DNA of 64,000 nt from an uncultured Spirochaetia bacterium. GTDB taxonomy: Bacteria > Desulfobacterota_D > UBA1144 > Nemesobacterales > CSP1-2. The position numbers and the translations under genes are program-made. Below, in pieces: positions 1-8,704 of this stretch. The first letter of the stretch is position 1; each line of letters opens with the position of its first letter. The notes below the pieces were generated by a model. The model saw nothing but the letters and a program-made list of their open reading frames with translations. It had not been told where the DNA came from and did not search any database. The stretch is from contig CAZWVA010000003.1 of the NCBI GenBank assembly GCA_964636885.1, forward strand, positions 11,678-75,677, in the 5' to 3' direction.

Positions 1-26
1 ATTTAACTCAAGGAGGTAAGGAAAAC

Positions 27-206
27 ATGATTGAGAGGAGCAATTATACTATCAACATAAACGAGATCCTATGGAAGATCAGGCATCTAAAAGAGGAAGC
101 GGAAAGGTCCTCATGGTTGCTCGGCGAGGAGCTTACACATAAGATAATCGAGGTCCTGGAGGAGAAGGAGAAGGATGTGATTGAGAATCTAATGTGGTTT
201 GCATAG
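27..206 (+). CDS. small hypothetical protein (59 aa), not in the ORF track
   Basis: ATG at 27 follows a strong RBS (AAGGAGG at 11-17). The open frame MIERSNYTINI...ENLMWFA runs to TAG at 204-206. It is Glu/Lys-rich and sits immediately upstream of htrA. No recognisable domain. Confidence 0.3.
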   Translation: MIERSNYTININEILWKIRHLKEEAERSSWLLGEELTHKIIEVLEEKEKDVIENLMWFA

Positions 207-255
207 AAATTTCATTTTGTGTTATGTTTGTACTAAACGATTCGAGGAGGTATTT

Positions 256-1740
256 ATGAAACGGTTTTTGTCTTTTGCGGTTTTGATTCCCCTCCTTCTC
301 TCGATTACGCTGACGGCCTGTGAGAGGGTAGACGAGAAGAGGTTAGAGGAGAAGGGCAAAGAAAACGTAGAAACACCTAAAGGGAAAAACGAAGAGGCGG
401 AAGTAAGCAGGATCGAAGGGCTTCCATCCTTCGCCGGATTGGTCGATAAACTGAAACCGTCTGTTGTGAACATAAGCACGACGAGCGTACTCAGGCAGAG
501 GGGTTTTTTCTCTTTCAGATCCCCTTTTGGACAGGATGATCCGTTTGAGGAGTTCTTTAAAAGGTTTTTTGGCGGTGATGTCCCACAGCGGGAGTTTAGA
601 CAGCATGGCCTCGGCTCAGGGTTTATCATAAGCGAAGACGGATACGTGGTGACAAACAACCACGTGGTTGATAGGGCTCAGGACATTCAGGTAATCCTTG
701 AGGGCGGGGAAAAGTACGAGGCAAAGGTCATAGGTAAGGATCCCAAAACCGACCTTGCCCTTTTAAAGATCGAGCCCAAGGGAAAGCTTCCGGCTATAGT
801 CTTTGGGGACTCCGATAAGTTAAGGATTGGAGATTGGGTCATCGCAATAGGAAACCCCTTTGGACTCGGCCACACAGTAACGGCTGGTATAGTGAGTGCG
901 AAGGGGAGGGTTCTTGGCTTTGGCAACTATGATGACTTCATCCAAACGGACGCACCCATAAACCCTGGAAACAGCGGTGGCCCCCTTTTCAACCTCCAAG
1001 GGGAGGTGGTAGGGGTAAACACAGCAATAGTCGCCGGGGGACAGGGGATAGGGTTTGCGATACCTATAAACATGGCAAGGAACGTGGTAGAGCAGATCAA
1101 GGATAAGGGTAGGGTTGTTCGTGGTTGGCTCGGGGTTTTGGTACAGCAGGTTACGCCGGAGATCGCAGAGGGGATGAATCTCAAAGAACCGAGGGGTGCC
1201 CTCGTCTCTGATGTCACCCCTGGTGGGCCGGCGGAGAAGGCCGGAATTAAAAGAGGGGATGTTATAGTTGGAATCAACGGACACGAGGTTAAAAGCGTAT
1301 CTGATCTCACAAGCGCGGTTGCACTAACCCCACCCGGAACGCAGTCGAAGTTACATGTGATAAGAGAAGGAGAGGAAAAGGAGATTACTGTAACGATAGG
1401 TGAACTCCCCGAAAGTACAGGAGGACAGGCAGAAGAGAGGGCCCAGGGAGAGAGGGAGGAAAGACTGGGACTCTCGGCTGGCGAGATAACCCCGGAGATC
1501 GCAAGCCGCTTTAATCTCGGGGAGGAGAAAGGGGTCGTCATCACTGATGTTGCCCCTGGCAGTATAGCGGCTGAATCTGGTTTTAGGCCCGGGGACGTGG
1601 TACTGGAGATAAACAGACAGCCCATTAGAAACATGGACGATTATGAAAAGGGACTCGAGAAGATAGAAAAGGGAAAGTCGGCACTATTCCTTATAAAGAG
1701 GGGTAAGAACACCATATACCTGGGTTTAAGAATCGACTAA
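256..1740 (+). CDS. htrA: HtrA/DegP/DegQ-family periplasmic serine endoprotease (trypsin-like domain plus two PDZ domains)
   Basis: The ORF track frame 199..1740 has a GAGGAGG RBS at 246-251 preceding an internal ATG at 256 (MKRFLSFAVLIPLLLS...), which gives a signal peptide. The trypsin catalytic-triad context is present (TNNHVV; DLALLKI; GNSGGPL), followed by two PDZ-like segments. Confidence 0.9.
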   Translation: MKRFLSFAVLIPLLLSITLTACERVDEKRLEEKGKENVETPKGKNEEAEVSRIEGLPSFAGLVDKLKPSVVNISTTSVLRQRGFFSFRSPFGQDDPFEEFFKRFFGGDVPQREFRQHGLGSGFIISEDGYVVTNNHVVDRAQDIQVILEGGEKYEAKVIGKDPKTDLALLKIEPKGKLPAIVFGDSDKLRIGDWVIAIGNPFGLGHTVTAGIVSAKGRVLGFGNYDDFIQTDAPINPGNSGGPLFNLQGEVVGVNTAIVAGGQGIGFAIPINMARNVVEQIKDKGRVVRGWLGVLVQQVTPEIAEGMNLKEPRGALVSDVTPGGPAEKAGIKRGDVIVGINGHEVKSVSDLTSAVALTPPGTQSKLHVIREGEEKEITVTIGELPESTGGQAEERAQGEREERLGLSAGEITPEIASRFNLGEEKGVVITDVAPGSIAAESGFRPGDVVLEINRQPIRNMDDYEKGLEKIEKGKSALFLIKRGKNTIYLGLRID

Positions 1741-1767
1741 CCTTGGGATCTTCCTATAGGGGTTTTT

Positions 1768-2451
1768 CTATCTCCACTGCTCTTTTTCTATGTGCTTTAC
1801 CTTGATTAGAGAGGCGGCGTCTGTTCCAATCCTTAGGGATTTTCCTCTGACCTTAAGAATGAATGAGCCTCCAAAGGGTTCCTTCTTTTGTACGGTGAAT
1901 GGGGTGTCAGGGATGAGGCCGAGATCATCGAGATACTGAAGGAGTTTCGGGTCCTCGTCCGGAACCTCAGACACTATACCGCTTTCCCCTTCTTTCATTT
2001 CGGATAGACAGATCAGTTCTTCATCCCTAAGCACAAGCTCGGGGCTGGGTATAGGGGAGCCATGCGGGTCGCGGGTAGGGTGATTCAGGAGCTCTGCCAT
2101 TCTCTTCTCCACCTCCTCGGATATAACGTGTTCCCATTTCTCGGCCTCATCGTGAACCTTGTCCCAGGGGAGTCCGAGTGCCTCGTGGAGGTACTGTTCT
2201 ATGAGGCGGTGATGCCTTATTACCTCGAGTGCTATCTTCTCTCCGGCCGGCGTTAGGACGGCGCCCCTATAGGGCTCGTGCTCTACCAGTTGGAGATCGA
2301 CAAGCCTTTTAACCATCTGCGTTACCGTGGGCGGGGATACCTTCATTATCTTGGCAAGATCGTTTGTATTGGCTTTTCCCTTTTTCCTAAGGAGGTTAAA
2401 GATCGTTTTTAAGTAATCTTCCATAACGGAGGAGAGTTGTGTTCGCACCAT
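1768..2451 (-). CDS. DtxR/IdeR-family metal-dependent transcriptional repressor with a C-terminal SH3-like/FeoA domain
   Basis: The MEDYLKTIF...TNDLAKIMKVSPPTVTQMVKRL segment matches the DtxR-family HTH. The metal-binding and dimerisation core and a C-terminal FeoA-like tail are present. The likely start is the ATG at 2451 with a GAGGT RBS; the track start at 2466 is a TTG. It lies adjacent to the mntH-like transporter. Confidence 0.8.
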   Translation of the reverse strand: MVRTQLSSVMEDYLKTIFNLLRKKGKANTNDLAKIMKVSPPTVTQMVKRLVDLQLVEHEPYRGAVLTPAGEKIALEVIRHHRLIEQYLHEALGLPWDKVHDEAEKWEHVISEEVEKRMAELLNHPTRDPHGSPIPSPELVLRDEELICLSEMKEGESGIVSEVPDEDPKLLQYLDDLGLIPDTPFTVQKKEPFGGSFILKVRGKSLRIGTDAASLIKVKHIEKEQWR

Positions 2452-2528
2452 CAAATTATACCTCAACGGGGGATCAAACTGTATACCCTTTCACTGTATT
2501 ATGCTCCCTCCTAGGCGGTCATTACCTT

Positions 2529-4436
2529 TCATTTTAGGGGCACAACAAGGACACTGGCCCGAACCCTGTGTCTTACCCTCTCTACGGTCGTGCCGTGTAG
2601 GATATCGGAGACCCCCGAGTGACCGTGGCCTCCTAGAATCACGAGGTCTATATCGAGCTCATTTATCATTCGAGCAAGCTCCGTAGCCGGGTTTCCGGTT
2701 CCCAATCGCCACTCGGCGTCGATACCTATCCTGCGGAGTTCAAGTGTGAGCTCTTCCAGCCGTTCCTTATCGCTTAGTGTCTCTCGATCGGCGGCCTCTT
2801 TCCCCATAACGAGTGCGGCGGGGCTTTCAACTACATGCAGGAGAACCACCTTGGCTCCGCTATCTTGTGCTATACGCCTTGCCTCTGCCAGAAGCTTCAT
2901 CACTCCATCCGAGAAATCGAGGGCCACGGCCACACGCCTGTATGGCCGCGGTGCCGGTAGCACCGCCTTATGGGTCGGTACAGGACCGTAAACCACTGCC
3001 CGTGGCATCCTGAGTTTCTTTATCCATGGGCGGAGGGTTATGTATACGAGCAGAAACCCGACGACTATGATTAGGGGTAAAACTATCATCCGAACCATCC
3101 AGGCCTTCTCCCCTGCGCTTAGGAGCCACCCTCCGACCTCGCCTATAACCAGTTTTACGTTGAGGGAAACGATTATGGATGTTGCTATCCAGGCGACTAC
3201 ACGGAGCCAGGGTGGGATGACGAATCCCCCCATACGGCGCTCATCGGATACGAAGTGTATGAGAGGGATAATGGCAAAGGGGAGCTGTAATGAAAGAACC
3301 ACCTGGCTCAGCACCAGTAGAGAACCTGTGGAGTTTTCGCCAAAATACCAGATCCCGATTACTGCTGGGAGTACGGCAAACATTCGCGTTATCAACCTGC
3401 GGATCCAGGGGCGGATTCGGAGGTTAAGGTATCCCTCCATGACGACCTGACCGGCCAGGGTTCCAGTAATAGTAGAGCTCTGCCCTGAGGCAAGAAGGGC
3501 GACTGCAAAGGCAAAGGGTGCTATGGATGCCCCGAGAAGCGGTTCGAGTAGACGATATGCGTCCTCGATCTCCGCCACGTTATAGTGACCGCTTCTATAG
3601 AAGACCGCGGCCGCCATGATTAGAATGGCCGAGTTTACAAAGAAGGCGGCGTTAAGTGCGAGGGCGGAGTCGATCGTATTCCATCTAATCGCCTGTCTTA
3701 TCTCCTTAGGGTCGTGTCCGACCTGGCGTGTCTGAACGAGGGAGGAGTGCAGGTAGAGGTTATGAGGCATCACCGTAGCCCCAAGAATACCCATGGCGAT
3801 ATAAAGTGCATCTCTACCCGGCAGTGAGGGAACGAATCCGCGTGCAATCCCTCCCCAATCGGGCTTGGCTAGTAGGATCTCTATAAGGAGACCCGCGCCA
3901 ATAGTGGCCACCAACGATAGGATCACGGCCTCTAGCTTCCTGATGCCAAACCGAGAGAGGGATAGGAGTAGGAGTACATCCAGGGTCGTTAGCAACACCC
4001 CGTATAGGAGCGGTAGACCGAAGAGCAGCTTTAGTGCAATGGCGGAACCGAGAACCTCCGCAAGGTCACATGCTATGATGGCGATTTCGGCGAGTACATA
4101 GAGAGGGATATTTATAAGACCTGGATACTCTTCACGGTTTGCCTGTGCTAGATCGCGACGGGCAACGACGCCAAGACGGGCCGAGAGGCTCTGGAGAAGA
4201 ACCGCCATCAGGTTGGACATGAGGAGCACCCATATGAGTTTATAGTTGTATCGGCTTCCTCCAGCCAGATCGGTAGCCCAGTTGCCGGGGTCCATGTATC
4301 CCACAGAGACCATGAGGGCTGGTCCGCTAAAGGTAAGCCAATGCCGCCACCAACTCGACCCGCCACTCGGTAGGGGTACCGACTCATTAACCTCCGCTAA
4401 GGATCTCTGTTGATAATGGGAAGGATCGGGTTTCAT
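2529..4436 (-). CDS. mntH: NRAMP-family Mn2+/Fe2+:H+ symporter (MntH) fused to a C-terminal universal stress protein (UspA) domain
   Basis: The N-terminal about 440 aa are multi-TM with the NRAMP signature region GYMDPGNWATDLAGGS. The C-terminal about 150 aa (VAVALDFSDG...LVILGGHGHSG...VLVVP) is a Usp fold. Confidence 0.85.
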   Translation of the reverse strand: MKPDPSHYQQRSLAEVNESVPLPSGGSSWWRHWLTFSGPALMVSVGYMDPGNWATDLAGGSRYNYKLIWVLLMSNLMAVLLQSLSARLGVVARRDLAQANREEYPGLINIPLYVLAEIAIIACDLAEVLGSAIALKLLFGLPLLYGVLLTTLDVLLLLSLSRFGIRKLEAVILSLVATIGAGLLIEILLAKPDWGGIARGFVPSLPGRDALYIAMGILGATVMPHNLYLHSSLVQTRQVGHDPKEIRQAIRWNTIDSALALNAAFFVNSAILIMAAAVFYRSGHYNVAEIEDAYRLLEPLLGASIAPFAFAVALLASGQSSTITGTLAGQVVMEGYLNLRIRPWIRRLITRMFAVLPAVIGIWYFGENSTGSLLVLSQVVLSLQLPFAIIPLIHFVSDERRMGGFVIPPWLRVVAWIATSIIVSLNVKLVIGEVGGWLLSAGEKAWMVRMIVLPLIIVVGFLLVYITLRPWIKKLRMPRAVVYGPVPTHKAVLPAPRPYRRVAVALDFSDGVMKLLAEARRIAQDSGAKVVLLHVVESPAALVMGKEAADRETLSDKERLEELTLELRRIGIDAEWRLGTGNPATELARMINELDIDLVILGGHGHSGVSDILHGTTVERVRHRVRASVLVVPLK

Positions 4437-4472
4437 AACGGTCTCTCTTGTTTAAATTCGCTAAAATTAAAA

Positions 4473-4486
4473 TTAGGTACTCCTAA
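4473..4486. promoter_or_regulatory. Inverted repeat TTAGG-N4-CCTAA, a candidate DtxR/MntR-type operator upstream of mntH
   Basis: TTAGGtactCCTAA lies about 35-50 nt upstream of the mntH start on the other strand. It resembles the half-sites of the DtxR-family consensus (TTAGGTTAGCCTAACCTAA) and sits in the divergent mntH/egtB intergenic region. Confidence 0.3.
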
Positions 4487-4766
4487 AATATATTCTTTAA
4501 ACGCCGTCTGTCAAATGAAATGCGTGGTCTAGAAATGGGATCTCTCATAAGACCGGTATTGGGGTACTGTTTCTCACTAAGCACTGCCTTCCTTACCTGT
4601 CATTGCGGACGAAACGATCCCTTTTTGGACGGATTTCATCCGTATTTTTATAAAACCCTTTTTGATAGAATCACGTATATTGTTATACTCTGATCTTAGA
4701 CATAGTTATAGGATAGCCTTTAGCAAAAAGCGTCGTTAGCCAAATCTATTTTAGAAAGGGAGGGTT

Positions 4767-6086
4767 ATGAATATGTCAGATAGAACAATGATCCCCAGGC
4801 AGGTCAAAGAAAAAGATCGAAGTGAATTAATCAGCCGTTCTCTCCTTAAAGACTACAGGTCGGTCCGCGGGTTTAGCGAGGATCTCTGCAGACCGCTTGT
4901 AACCGAGGATTACGTCATCCAGTCCATGCCAGATGTGAGCCCGACAAAATGGCACCTAGCCCATACGAGTTGGTTTTTTGAAACGTTTGTCCTCGAACAC
5001 GTAGACCCTGGGTATAGGCCTCTGGATCCCAGGTATAAGTACCTTTTTAATTCCTACTACGTTCAGGTTGGGGCAAGGCACGCCCGTCCACAGCGCGGGC
5101 TCCTATCGAGGCCCACGGTAGAGGAGGTCTATCTATATAGGCACCGTGTGGACGAGCACATGATCGGGTTTCTTGAAAGCGCCGACGAGTCGGAGGTAGA
5201 GAGGATCGCCCCTGTTATAGAGATAGGAATCCATCATGAACAACAGCACCAGGAACTCATGGTCACGGATATAAAGCACGTTTTTTCTGTGAACCCGCTC
5301 CGTCCGGTGTATATCACAAAACATGAAAACCCAAAATCCCGTTCCATACCTGGTATCAGATGGATTGTCTTCCCAGAGGGGGTGTATCTCATAGGGCACG
5401 AGGGGGAGGGTTTTGCCTATGATAACGAGTGCCCACGCCACAGGGAATTTGTGGGGGCTTTCCTTATAGCCTCACGTCTTGTGACCAATCGCGAGTATCT
5501 GGCTTTCATGGAAGACGGGGGTTATGAGAGGCCTGAGCTCTGGCTATCGGACGGCTGGTATGCGGTTGAGGCAAACGGCTGGAAGGCTCCCCTTTACTGG
5601 GAAGGGATCGACGGGGCCTGGTGGTACTTTACCCTTTCTGGCATGCGCGAGGTAGATCTGGACGAGCCCGTATGTCACGTAAGCTACTACGAGGCGGACG
5701 CCTACGCCCGCTGGGCTGGGGCGAGGCTCCCAACAGAAGCCGAATGGGAGATCGCCGCATCTAAACCATCTATAGAGGGAAACTTCATTGAAGATGGGAG
5801 GCACCATCCCGTGCCTTTAAGCGATGAGGGGGCCAGTGGTGACCTACTTCAGATGTTTGGGGATGTGTGGGAGTGGACGAGTAGTCCCTACACCCCGTAT
5901 CCGGGTTTTAAAACGCTCCCCGGAGCGCTTGGGGAATACAACGGAAAATTCATGTCCAATCAGATGGTGCTCCGCGGAGGCTCCTGTGCGACGCCTAGAT
6001 CCCATATAAGAAGGACCTATAGAAACTTCTTCCCTCCCAGTGCCAGGTGGCAGTTTATGGGGATAAGGCTTGCGAAAGATGCATGA
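4767..6086 (+). CDS. egtB: Ergothioneine biosynthesis sulfoxide synthase EgtB (DinB_2 domain plus FGE-sulfatase-like domain)
   Basis: The N-terminal DinB-like four-helix metal-binding region (HLAHTSWFFE...HHEQQHQEL) and the C-terminal FGE-sulfatase fold (VSYYEADAYARWAG...RGGS) match the characteristic EgtB architecture. An AGGGAGGG RBS precedes the ATG. Confidence 0.8.
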   Translation: MNMSDRTMIPRQVKEKDRSELISRSLLKDYRSVRGFSEDLCRPLVTEDYVIQSMPDVSPTKWHLAHTSWFFETFVLEHVDPGYRPLDPRYKYLFNSYYVQVGARHARPQRGLLSRPTVEEVYLYRHRVDEHMIGFLESADESEVERIAPVIEIGIHHEQQHQELMVTDIKHVFSVNPLRPVYITKHENPKSRSIPGIRWIVFPEGVYLIGHEGEGFAYDNECPRHREFVGAFLIASRLVTNREYLAFMEDGGYERPELWLSDGWYAVEANGWKAPLYWEGIDGAWWYFTLSGMREVDLDEPVCHVSYYEADAYARWAGARLPTEAEWEIAASKPSIEGNFIEDGRHHPVPLSDEGASGDLLQMFGDVWEWTSSPYTPYPGFKTLPGALGEYNGKFMSNQMVLRGGSCATPRSHIRRTYRNFFPPSARWQFMGIRLAKDA

Positions 6087-7041
6087 GAACATAAAGGCGG
6101 TAAAGGGATTCGAGGCCGAGTGGGATTACCTCATTGCCGAGGTGATGGAGGGGCTTAGAAAACCCCAAAAGGAACTCCCCTGCAAGCTCTTTTACGACGA
6201 GAGGGGCTCGCTTCTATTCGATGAGATATGCGGGCTTAAGGAGTACTACCTCACGAGAACGGAGATGGCCATCATGGATAAGTATATCTCCGAGATCTCA
6301 GATACACTCGGCAGCGGGTGTCTACTTATAGAGCTTGGAAGCGGTAGCAGTAAAAAGATAAGGCTGATACTGGATCATCTGGAAGAGCCTGCAGGATATA
6401 TGCCGATTGATATCTCGTTTAAGCACCTGATGAAGTCTGTGTCCGCACTTGCAAGGGACTATCCCCGACTCAGGATAGTCCCGGTATACGCCGATTACAC
6501 TCAACCCTTTTCCCTACCCCGCTTTTACATTCCCTACTCCCGGAAGGTCGTATATTTCCCTGGCTCGACTATAGGGAATTTTACGCGAGAATACGCGGGC
6601 CTTTTTCTCGAACGGATCGCTAGATTGACTGGTGGTGGAAGCGGGCTTCTAATAGGGGTCGATCTTAAAAAGGATAAAAGGACACTTGAGGCTGCTTATA
6701 ACGATGGTAAAGGGGTTACGGCCGCGTTTAATCTAAACATGCTTGAGAGGCTAAACCGTGAACTGGGTGCGGATTTCGATCTCAGTAGGTGGAGGCATCA
6801 CGCTTTCTATAATGACGGTGTGGGAAGGATAGAGATGCACCTTGTGAGTCTCGAAGATCAATACGTGCATATAGGTGACGGTGGGGTTTTCTTCGAGAAG
6901 GGAGAGACCATACTTACCGAGTATTCCTACAAGTACACGTTGGAGGAGTTTCGGGAACTGGTTTCCGACGCATTTCGGATTGAACGCGTCTGGACGGATG
7001 AGAAGCGTAGATTCAGCGTGCAGTACCTTTCCGTTCGTTGA
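6079..7041 (+). CDS. egtD: L-histidine N-alpha-methyltransferase EgtD
   Basis: The motifs LFYDERGSLLFDEICGLKEYYLTRTE and ELGSGSSKK (SAM-binding) are EgtD hallmarks. The ATG at 6079 overlaps the egtB stop (ATGCATGA), and the track start at 6070 is a TTG. It forms a two-gene egtBD unit. Confidence 0.8.
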   Translation: MHENIKAVKGFEAEWDYLIAEVMEGLRKPQKELPCKLFYDERGSLLFDEICGLKEYYLTRTEMAIMDKYISEISDTLGSGCLLIELGSGSSKKIRLILDHLEEPAGYMPIDISFKHLMKSVSALARDYPRLRIVPVYADYTQPFSLPRFYIPYSRKVVYFPGSTIGNFTREYAGLFLERIARLTGGGSGLLIGVDLKKDKRTLEAAYNDGKGVTAAFNLNMLERLNRELGADFDLSRWRHHAFYNDGVGRIEMHLVSLEDQYVHIGDGGVFFEKGETILTEYSYKYTLEEFRELVSDAFRIERVWTDEKRRFSVQYLSVR

Positions 7042-7346
7042 CAAGGGGTAAGGACCGTTGCCCACCCGGACGATTCCATAACGCCGTATTTTTGCCTCTC
7101 GTGCAGGTTTTTTCACCAGATGGGATACTTTGCCTAGGGGTGAGGATTGGAGAGGGTGTAGAGATTCACTATGGATTTAATAAAGGGAAAATACCTTCCG
7201 GGATCGTGACGTGTCACCTAGGGTTTTCTCAGGGAATATCGAAATAGAGAAGAAAGGTTGGCTAGACGGTTAATCTATTGTCCGGTTTTAGGGGTTAGAG
7301 TGTGCTTTTCTTTATCTCTAACTTATTTTAAAATTAGAAAACATAT

Positions 7347-8702
7347 ATGTCCGATACCGATATAAGAACCAAATTAAAAAGCGAACCAGATATATTTCTT
7401 AGACTGACCGAAAACTCTATGCTGGTTGCTGCAAGTTTAAGAGACAAATTTCTAGATCAGACGCTAGATATAGCAAGTAAGATAAGAAAAAGATTGGGGA
7501 TAGGAAGTCTTAAAGGTTTTGGAATTAAGAAAGTATCTCCAGATTATAAGACCGACTCTAGTAAAATAACAGTGGCTTTTATTGACGGTGGTATTGGTGA
7601 AGCAGAAATTTTCCTAAAAGTTCCTCTAATTGTAAGAGGAGGTATTTTCAAAATAAAAGAGGGCGAGAGAGACTTAGAGAAACGCGAGATCTTTGAGTTT
7701 TTTCCAATACTAATTGGTGATTTGGAAGGAGGTGAAAAGGGAAGCGGCGACTATGCATCGGTTGTGAGAATAATTATTGAGTTATCAGCTATTTTAAAAG
7801 TTCTTGATGATCCCAAATATTCAGACGTGAACTTAATAATGCTTCATGGACCTATTCTTTACAGACTATCAGCTTATTCAAGGCATTGGTTTTTTGAAAA
7901 CGATATACTTACTATGACTCAAGGCTCAAAATATTTAATCAACGACTTTAGAGAAAACATCAAAGAATGTCAGTTAGAAGAATGCGTATGTAGTTCTTGG
8001 AAGAGTGAGCAAAAGTTAGTTGCAAACTGCTTTATCGCATTTTTGTTGAATCAGATTATAGATAAATGTCTTAAAAAGTATATAGATTTTGTAGGAGTTG
8101 TAGAGAGACCTGACGCAACAGAGATAGGAACAATTCTTTTTGAGCATCTTCTTAAGGAAGAACCTGATTTAGCTAAAAACTATTTGGGTAGAACAGTAAA
8201 GAATTATAAAAATGATGCAAAAGAAATAATTAGGATCGGAAATTATAATGATCCATTGTTGTTCTCGATAATTTTAAGTCCTGGCGAATACTTAGATTTT
8301 TATGAAGCAGAAGAACGATATAGTGGGTTTGTTGGGAAATTTCAAGGGTTTGACCGTAAATTACCGAAAATATCCTATACCTATTTAAAGCCGGTAGAGA
8401 ATGCAATGGCAATAAGAGTTGAATTTCCGCAAAAACTCACTGATTCAAGAAAAGAAGCGGGTTTATATAAAACTTATGAATACTCTAGGTTGCTACCTAA
8501 CTATGCATTCCCGATAGGGCTTGACGTAGCTGATAAGTTTGCAAAAGTTCCTAAATGGATGGTTGAAGCTTATCGTAAATATATTCTTTTTAATTTTGGC
8601 AGATTAACTTTAGATAAGGAATTAGAAGAGCATGAATTACGTAAAATTTTAATGTTCTTCTATTTGCATAGAAGAGATTTTCAATCTAGACCTAAGATTT
8701 AG
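7347..8702 (+). CDS. nurA: NurA-family 5'-3' nuclease (RNase H-like fold)
   Basis: The N-terminal motif KITVAFIDGGIGEAE matches the NurA signature FVAIDGGSFG. The C-terminal YAFPIGLDVADKFAKV matches the NurA YPFPLLKAHMDVRF motif. It lies immediately upstream of HerA with a 2-nt gap. Confidence 0.7.
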   Translation: MSDTDIRTKLKSEPDIFLRLTENSMLVAASLRDKFLDQTLDIASKIRKRLGIGSLKGFGIKKVSPDYKTDSSKITVAFIDGGIGEAEIFLKVPLIVRGGIFKIKEGERDLEKREIFEFFPILIGDLEGGEKGSGDYASVVRIIIELSAILKVLDDPKYSDVNLIMLHGPILYRLSAYSRHWFFENDILTMTQGSKYLINDFRENIKECQLEECVCSSWKSEQKLVANCFIAFLLNQIIDKCLKKYIDFVGVVERPDATEIGTILFEHLLKEEPDLAKNYLGRTVKNYKNDAKEIIRIGNYNDPLLFSIILSPGEYLDFYEAEERYSGFVGKFQGFDRKLPKISYTYLKPVENAMAIRVEFPQKLTDSRKEAGLYKTYEYSRLLPNYAFPIGLDVADKFAKVPKWMVEAYRKYILFNFGRLTLDKELEEHELRKILMFFYLHRRDFQSRPKI

Positions 8703-8704
8703 GA

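Noticed and set aside
927-1634. 235-aa ORF on the minus strand inside htrA, and the 820..1284 (-) ORF
   Set aside because: They are entirely antisense to a strongly supported HtrA coding region and have low-complexity Ser/Pro/Thr-rich translations. They are typical shadow ORFs.
2746-4101. Several plus-strand ORFs (81-136 aa) inside the mntH-usp gene
   Set aside because: They are antisense to the NRAMP coding sequence with no RBS or domain signal and are frame shadows of a high-GC coding region.
4620-4660. Short hairpin ACGGAT-ttc-ATCCGT followed by a T-run in the mntH/egtB intergenic region, as a possible terminator or sRNA end
   Set aside because: The stem is only 6 bp and there is no upstream plus-strand gene. 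It is too weak to call.
7042-7346. Search for island border direct repeats, att sites or a tRNA target at the low-GC island edges
   Set aside because: Only weak, short similarities (for example AAGAGAAGG-like) occur between the left and right borders. There is no tRNA or integrase, so no insertion mechanism can be supported.
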